Source of the DNA: Octopus sinensis | Lineage: Eukaryota | Direction: 5' to 3' | Length of the DNA: 64,000 bases | Assembly: GCF_006345805.1 (NCBI RefSeq) | Contig: NC_043010.1 | Span: 5,208,001-5,272,000 of the forward strand | Shown: piece after piece, positions 56,415 to 64,000 of the stretch | How positions within the stretch are numbered: the first letter of the stretch is position 1 | Layout: each line of letters opens with the position of its first letter | Notes under the pieces: model-generated | Database searches by the model: none | Told to the model about the DNA's origin: nothing | What the model saw: only the letters and a program-made list of their open reading frames with translations | Made by a program: the position numbers and the translations under genes

Positions 56415-57221
56415 CTCTAAACAATGTATGCACTTGCCCCAAAAGAAAAGCTAGTCTATATTATTCAATACAGATGAAGTTGCAGGTGTTACATTTGAGT
56501 TTTCCTTCTAGTGAATTGCCTAAACAAAGACTAGATTTCTCTCACCCTCAGTTGTTAGGTGACTGTTGACTATGCTGAGGTCATCAGCCTATTGACAGGT
56601 TTTGTTTCGAGTCCTGCAGAGTGCCCAACAAAAGCCACCTTCCTTAGCAAAACAGGCTTGGTAGTATCTCAGGTGTAGTCACTGCCAACCTGACCAGGTT
56701 ACAGATTGTACTGTTTCATGTTACCAGTAGCGTTAATTCACTCTTTAGTGTTTAGGTTATTCTGTGAAACATAATACTTATTGATTCACATTGTTTTGAA
56801 TTAATCATGCTTCATCTCATACCATTTGAGTTTTGGATTATTTCAATGTTTATTCTTAGAATGACATTGTACGGTTGGTGCAAGAGCCTAGGTCTGATCA
56901 GTTTGAACATAAAACAAGAAGAATATTTTGGCCAGATATGGCCAGTTTAAAAGCTAAAAGGTTAATTAAAGAAAAATTCTAGCATTGGATAGAATTCCTT
57001 ACAGTATTTGATCCAATACTCTGTGCTCTGATTTCTAATCCTGCCAAGTCAACTTTGCAGTGGATTGGTGGAACTTTTTGGGTATCAACTGTCTGTCTTC
57101 TTCAAAACAGCTAGCCAAAGCTTATATCGGTGTAGATATAGGGTCAAACCTGAAATTGATTCTGATATTTGCCTGGTACTTATTTTATTGGTTATAGGCC
57201 ATGAGATTGAGAACCTTTTGA

Positions 57222-57253
<32 letters not shown>

Positions 57254-57278
57254 ACATATATACTGTTGCATCACCAAT

Positions 57279-58640
57279 TGTTATGATGATACTTTTTTAC
57301 ACTATAACCATGTAGTAACAATAAAACATATAACAAAGCAGGGTAACAACAATGTAACAATCCAACAAATTCTCCATGAACTATACATGAACCAAGAAAT
57401 GATATTCCAACAAACTACTAAAACAACACCTTACGACTTCCTATGATTAATGCCTACTCTGTCTCTTTATCTCAATCAGACTGTTACTATTTATAGTCGT
57501 TTGGTCAGTCTACTCTTGCAGGGGGGGGGGTCGTGACTCTCACCACAACATCTCTCCTTTTGAGATTTTGGCTTCCATAGGAAACGAAATTTGTCTTATT
57601 TTATTTTTATTATTATTTTTTTTCTTTCCAACACGTCTCCCTTTTTGAGATTTTGATTCCCTAGGGAGTTCAATACCGTTTCCACTCAGGAATTATTTCT
57701 AAATGTTCAGCCTGTTTATGTTTTCTATTACTGCTCTTTCTAGGCTCAATCTCTTTTGGCGCTGGCACATTAAACATGTCATAAAACACTTCCATTGGAA
57801 TTTCCTTCATTTCTTCCATATTTCTAGTTTTTAATTGATTTAAGTGTCTCTTATACTCCCATCATTGGCCTTTTATTAAATACATCATGTTTCCAGTTCT
57901 TTTAGTCATTATACCCTCCTCCCAAACTTTTTACCATTCTTGTATATTTTGAAATGGACTTTGTCTCTCACATCAAAATGCTTTGTTGAATTTTTCATAT
58001 TTTCTCACCACATTTTTTTCTTTGGCAACAATTTGTCGGAGATAGATTTTGTCTTCCAAGTGAACAGTAGCTCTGCAGGTGACTTGCCTGAACTGGTATT
58101 CAGATTGTGCATTTTTCTGTACACTCTTAAGAATTGAGTTAGTGCTTTGTCATTTCCTAACTCATTCTTTGCTTTTTTTAGTGCTCACTTAAAAGTGTCT
58201 ATGAACCATTCTGCTTGCTCATTTGATCTTGTGTGGTAGAAAAATCGACACAAACTCTGATTTTGTTTTTTTTTTTTCCTAATACACACAGTTGGTGCTG
58301 CCCATTTAGAATGATCTACTTTTTGAATAATTCCAATTTTCTTTAGTCTGTCTAATTCTTCATCTACCTGTTTTATTGCAGCATAAAGTACCTTTCTATT
58401 AGGTTTGAACATAGGTACAAGGTTTTCATTTATTTGAAAACATGCTTCAGTCTTAGTACAGAGGCTTAATTTATCAGACAGCACTTCAGGGAACAGGTTT
58501 TTTAATGTTTTCTTCAATTCATTTGATGAGTTACTGGTGGGACAATCATTTACAGCACAGACTTATAGGGAGGTCCCATAAATCAAATAACTCCATCCAA
58601 TCTTTACAGAACAGATTGGTTGCATTTTTTAACATGAAAA
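57279..58640 (-). mobile_element. Degenerate Gypsy LTR retrotransposon (3' LTR 57279-57550, PPT, deleted pol)
   Basis: TGT...ACA LTR next to a purine tract on the minus strand; VDEELDRLKKIGIIQKVDHSKWAAPTVCIRKK (RT start) and YHTRSNEQAEWFIDTFK (integrase). Confidence 0.85.
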
Positions 58641-59242
58641 CTTTTGCTCCACAGGTTTTACCACAAACTTGGATTTACTAATCAGTAGAATTACAGTGGG
58701 ATTACTCACTCTGAACAATCCTTGATGCTTATAACTACTTGATGCAGTTAGCCAGGACCTGGAATATACCTGAGAGTTATTATGGTCCCCAGCTGGGTAA
58801 TTTATCCCTATATTCTCATCGTATATATTGATAAATATATATATAAAATAAGGTAGTTTTGGTGAAGTATTGTGAGGTATAACCTTAAAGAAGGTTGTTG
58901 TGTAAGGCTCTAACAATGCAAAGTAAGCTACAAAAGAAAAAGGAAACAGAATAAAGCTGCAGTTTTATCTTCTAGTTCTATATTTCAGGGTTAAGACCCC
59001 ACTCTTCAGGACATTTTGAAAAAGTGGTAGTTGAGAAAGTTCATTGCTCAGATGTGTAAATATAGGTATGTTAATGCAAACAGGAAAAAAAAAACCCGTC
59101 AAAATATGAGTGTATGTATATTTTTTATTAATATTTAGTAAAAGGTCTGAGAGTTTCATGCATTGGCGCTTATCAAACTAGTCTGTGCCAACAATGCACA
59201 AAACTCTTGGAAATTGAGTCACTCTGTTACTTCTGCTAAATA

Positions 59243-59278
<36 letters not shown>

Positions 59279-59303
59279 TAATGAAATTTGGGAAATAAAA
59301 TTC

Positions 59304-59356
<53 letters not shown>

Positions 59357-59453
59357 ACGGGAAGGTTTACAAAAATAAACAAAAGACGAAGCCAGGTGGA
59401 ATACAAACAAGCAAATGTATTAGTATGGCGCTCAGGAATAGAAATAAAACAAG

Positions 59454-59491
59454 TCTTTTACGTTTCGAGCCTATGCTCTTCGACAGAAAGA
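59454..59491 (-). ncRNA. Minimal type-I hammerhead motif with A6U core (CUGUCGA)
   Basis: Reverse complement: tcttt CTGTCGA a GAGC atag GCTC GAAA CG TA aaaga; 5-bp stem I, stem III palindrome ACGT; lies in a ~210-bp insert flanked by (TA)n. Confidence 0.7.
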
Positions 59492-61054
59492 TACACAGAA
59501 AAGAAACACGGAGAGAAACAAGGAGAGAAAAAAAATGCGTGTAGAAGCTAACGGTCCATCATGGCATATATATATGAATTTCATTTTTCAAATTTCATTA
59601 AACTTATGGTCTACTGAGATATCCTCATCTTATTGATCTTGGAAGGAAGAAAAGCAGTTACCTTTGGCAGAATTTGAACTCAGAATATAAAGGAACAACC
59701 ACAAGGTGTTACATGTATCAAACTACCGATTTTTTGACACTCCTCACCCTTCATGTACACATGCAACTCTCGGGTTTGCTTCTATTATTTTATATTTATT
59801 TGTTATATACTTCTTTGAATGAAATTCCTCTTTTCCTCAAATATTTCCTTCAGCCCCCCATCCCCAGCCCCCTAATCTTGACATTTTTCATCTTTATAGA
59901 TTATCTGCTCCTAGTTTGTGAGTCAGATTTGTTGGCTGTTGTTGTTGATAGTTGTTGTTGTTGTTGCTGTTGTTGTTGTCGTCGTGATGCTATTGATGCT
60001 CATTAAGAAGATTATCAATCCCTGCAACAGAAAGATTTACCTTTCATCTTTCCAAGAACGGCATCCGCACAAACAATGCGGGAAAGTAGGTGTGTAAATA
60101 TCATGGCTGACCCTCTATCTCCTCTGTTGAATAAATAGATAAACACACAGTTTCACAACATCTATATACACACACAGACCTGTATATATCTATATCTACA
60201 TCTATATATATATGTATGCATATATATATATATATATACACACACACATGCATATACTTAGTCTTGATGTGAATTTAAGCTCTGTGAAGGCTGTTTTGTA
60301 ACAGCTTAAGATAAGGTTGAAAGATATTTGACCAGTTTCATTGTTGCTTGGTTCATCAAGGTAAAAACAGTTGAAGTGGAGCTGTGTGAATGGCCAGTTT
60401 ACAGATCCTCATCATCATCGTCATCGTCATCGTCACCATTATAATCGTCATCATCATCGTCATCATCATCGTCATCATCACCGTCATCATCATCGTCATC
60501 ATCAACATCATCATCATCATCATCATTTAAGGTCCACTCTTCCAGGTTTGCATGGGTTAGAGAGAATTCATTTATACAAACTTTCTATGGTTAGGGTAAC
60601 ATTTCCCGACAGGCACCTATGTTTTTTTTTCACCCAAAACTGGAAACAAACAACACTGCATGCATGATGGTGATGCTTGTTTACAACTATCACATGATGT
60701 CAGGACAAGTTCACACACACATACGTGTGTGTGTGTGGTAAAAGTGTTTGCTTCCCAACCACATGGTTCTGGATTCACTCCCACTTTGGGCTGGCCAAAT
60801 CCTTGTGGTTTTTTTCTAATTTATATATATATATATTATATTTTGTGAAATTTGATTTACTATTTCTAAATTTGAATTTTTCCCTGTAAGTTTGGAATAA
60901 TATTCCCTCATATTATTATTATTATTATTATATATATATATATTATATATATACACACACAATGAATGTATATATATATATATATATAAATTTTATTTCG
61001 TAATGAGATAAAAAACCAAGGCTGTGTAGATTTTAGAACATTTATAGATAGAAG

Positions 61055-61102
61055 GTCTTACAGCTGTTTCCAGGATATTTATTATATCCCTTCATCAGAG
61101 AC
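61055..61102 (-). ncRNA. Minimal type-I hammerhead ribozyme, canonical core
   Basis: Reverse complement: gtct CTGATGA a GGGATAT aataa ATATCCT g GAAA CAGCTG TA agac; predicted cut between 61059 and 61058. Confidence 0.8.
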
Positions 61103-61618
61103 GGTGTGAGAGGATGGTTAAGCAATAGTTAATTTAGATAAGATACAAAATAGAGAGTGAGATGGAGGAAATAAAAGAAAATAGATGTGAGATATGCAAG
61201 GGTATTGCATTTGTAGATCCATTTTGTTTTTAGGCGGAATGGTATACATATAATATTCCAATACCTTGTGAGTAAAATCCAATAGAATTTAAAGTTGGTC
61301 TTTCCAAGTATAGAGTTTATACACAGTGTTATTGAATCCAGGGTTGTGATTGAATCCAAGTTGGTCCCTTTAATTACAACTCTGGATTCAATAACACTGT
61401 GTATAAACTCTATACTTGGAATGACCAATTTAAAATTCTATTGGATTTTACTCATAAGGTATTGGAATATTATACGTATACCATTCTGCCTAAAAGAAAT
61501 GGATCTACAAATGCAATATCCCTACATATCTCACATCTATTTTCTTTTATTTCCTCCACCTCACTCTCTATTTTATATCTTATCTAAATTAACTATTTCT
61601 TAACGATCCTCTCACACC

Positions 61619-61666
61619 GTCTCTGATGAAGGGATATAATAAATATCCTGGGAACAGCTGTGAGAC
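61619..61666 (+). ncRNA. Inactivated sister hammerhead (GAAA>GGAA, GUA>GUG)
   Basis: gtct CTGATGA a GGGATAT aataa ATATCCT g GGAA CAGCTG TG agac. Confidence 0.7.
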
Positions 61667-61744
61667 CTTCTATCTATAAATGTTCTAAAATCTACACATC
61701 CTTGGTTTTTTTTTATCTCATTATGAAATGAAATTTTTATAAAC

Positions 61745-62584
61745 ACATGTGGTTTTGCCTTATCATGGAGCAGAACTGGGCCATGCGGATTCATCAATGC
61801 AGGTCTCATTTTTTGCAAGTGAGCATACATTTCAGCGAGATGATTGCAGTAAACCTCTGCTGCAATGCTCTGATTGGCGTCCAGAAATCTGTAATGGACA
61901 ACACCAATTGCAGACAACTAGACAGTCACCATAATCTTTTGCTTATCATATGGTTATCATAAAGGATCCACTTTTCATCACAAGTGACTATTCAGTCAAG
62001 AAAAGTGTCATTGGTGTTTTGCAGAAAGCGCATCAAGCACACTTCAAAATGCCAAACGTTTTGATTTTCATTGAGCTCATGTGGTACCCCATTTATTGAG
62101 CTTTTCACCTTACCAATCTTCTGCAAATTGCATGAAACCATTGCAACACTGACACCAAGTGCCTGAGACATTTCTCTGACACTTTGACATGGGATTTGTT
62201 CAACAATTGCTTTCAATTGTTCATTGTAAAGATTGCACGAATGTCCTCTCCTTTCATCTTCAAGGCTGTCATCACCATTATGGGATTTCTGAAACCACCT
62301 TCGTACTGTGCGATCACTTGTGGACCCCTCTCCCCATGCTCTGTTGATATTGGCAGCAGTTTGCAAGGCATTGTGCCCAAGCTTGAACTCCTGCAAGAAA
62401 AGTAAGCGAAGGTCCTTTTTTGTCATGTTCATAATAAAGGGGACCTATACTTCAAGAATGTTTTCTGTCTGAAATAAGGAGAAAATTATTAAAGAGCATA
62501 CATCAATTAGTAAGTATGTCAAAATTCACCTAAAATATAATCAAAATACTACTTAGATCAGCCATTAATTTCGGAACAACCTAA
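61745..62584 (-). mobile_element. Mariner transposon, 3'-truncated at the palindrome
   Basis: TIR-like AATTTCGGAACAACCTAA|TA; LLFLQEFKLGHNA..TAANINRAWGEG..TVRRWFQK; VPHELNE; LLHDKAKPHV. Confidence 0.9.
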
Positions 62585-62857
62585 TAGAAGACACCTGGGC
62601 ACAGGTGGCTGATAAAGCAGTCTGCTTGTTCAGGAAAGGTGAAGCCATTGTATCACAGGAGAGGAAGAATTGGCAAAACGATAAAAAGCAGTCGTATTTA
62701 GTGTTGAACTGATGAGCAAAAGTTTACTAATTAAAATCAAATGATTTTCTTTTGGGGGACCACTGATATTAGTACTGCTACTACCACAACCATGAGGATG
62801 ACGACAATGACGATAACAATCACTGCCACCACCACAACCACCAAAAGCTTCTGCTGA

Positions 62858-62899
<42 letters not shown>

Positions 62900-62914
62900 C
62901 ACTACTACTACTAG

Positions 62915-62954
<40 letters not shown>

Positions 62955-63382
62955 TTGCTGCTACTGCTGCTGCTACTACTACTACTACTACTGCTGCTGC
63001 TGCTACTACTACTACTACTACTATTACTAATTCTACTGCTACTACTACTACTACTACTACTCTTGCTGCTACTGCTGCTGCTACTACTACTACTACTACT
63101 ACTACTACTAATTCTACTGCTGCTACTGCTACTACTACTGCTGCTGCTGCTGCTACTACTACTACTACTACTGCTGCGCTGCTGCTACTACTACTACTAC
63201 TACTATTACTAATTCTACTGCTACTACTACTACTACTACTACTCTTGCTGCTACTGCTGCTGCTACTACTACTACTACTACTACTACTACTAATTCTACT
63301 GCTGCTACTGCTACTACTACTACTACTACTCTTGCTGCTACTACTACTGCTACTACTACTGTTGCTATTGCTGCTGCTGCTA
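62858..63382. repeat. (CTA)/(CTG) compound microsatellite with higher-order repetition
   Basis: Direct reading. Confidence 0.95.
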
Positions 63383-63466
63383 TGAGATGGCACTGCTATG
63401 TTCATGAATGCTCAGAGAACTGTCTGCTGTTTTACTATTGTTTGTGTATTACTCCTATTACCTTCC

Positions 63467-63497
<31 letters not shown>

Positions 63498-64000
63498 CTT
63501 TCTCTCTCTCTCTCTCACACACACACACACGCACACACATGCACACATACACATAAACACGCTTTTACTTCTTACTGTATCTCTTCTCCTGTCTCTCTCC
63601 ACCCCAGTTTCTATTTTTCTTTTCTGAGTTCATAGAGAAAGAATGAGTAGACGGAGAGAGAGGGGAAGGAAGAGAGAGGGAGAGAGAAGGGGTGAAAGAG
63701 AAAGAGAGAGACAGAGACAGAGACAGACAGACAGATAGAGAAAGGGAGAGAAAGAAGTAAATGGTTCAATATGAAAGTAGCAGGAGCGTCTGCGGAGTTC
63801 AGTTCATGTTTGTGTGTGTGCCTGCATGTCAACATGTGTGTATGTGTGTGCGTGTAGAGAGAGAGAGAGACAGAGAAAGAGACAGACAGACAGAGAGTAT
63901 GTCATCATCATCACAATCATCATTTAATGATGAGAGGGAAAAAGAAAGGGAGCAAGAGGTGAGGCTGGGAGGGAGAAACAGTAAAATTAACGAGAGATTA

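Larger units (their letters stand above)
60988..61736. repeat. ~750-bp near-perfect palindrome (arms ~365 bp, 20-nt loop 61352-61371), probable inverted PLE pseudo-LTRs
   Basis: Arm-to-arm comparison by eye gives about 20 substitutions plus small indels. Confidence 0.92.

Noticed and set aside
56570-56615. GAAAC...GTC aatagg CTGATGA on the minus strand (type-II hammerhead order)
   Set aside because: Only 6 nt are available for stem I with no pairing, and the sister copy at 55.2 kb lacks GAAA and GUC
61129-61603. Mirror-image ORFs on opposite strands
   Set aside because: A consequence of the palindrome; no recognisable GIY-YIG or RT motifs
60988-61736. A-to-G differences between palindrome arms as a footprint of an ADAR-edited RNA template
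   Set aside because: Only about three A>G versus two G>A among roughly 20 differences, so there is no directional excess

Overview
AT-rich, microsatellite-saturated eukaryotic DNA, intronic or intergenic. The SINE families and a 5S copy suggest a coleoid cephalopod, probably Octopus (inference). There is no intact protein-coding gene: almost every ORF-track entry is an artefact of (TA)n, (CA)n, (ATC)n, (ATT)n or (TAG)n repeats or of SINEs. Real coding remnants are all transposon fossils: Tx1/L1-like, RTE and R4/Dong-like LINEs, mariner and Gypsy. One candidate host exon lies on the minus strand (4373-4691). The main hidden signal is a set of minimal type-I hammerhead ribozyme (HHR) motifs from about six sequence-distinct repeat contexts. 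Each has a self-complementary stem III, the hallmark of Penelope-like-element (PLE) dimeric hammerheads. Several sit in the arms of long inverted repeats pointing outwards. Two copies have canonical cores (35773-35836 +, 61055-61102 -), one family carries a compensatory G3:C8 core, and one copy has an A6U core. There is also a 5S rRNA copy fused to a SINE 3' tail. All calls are from reading by eye; no folding or database search was run.
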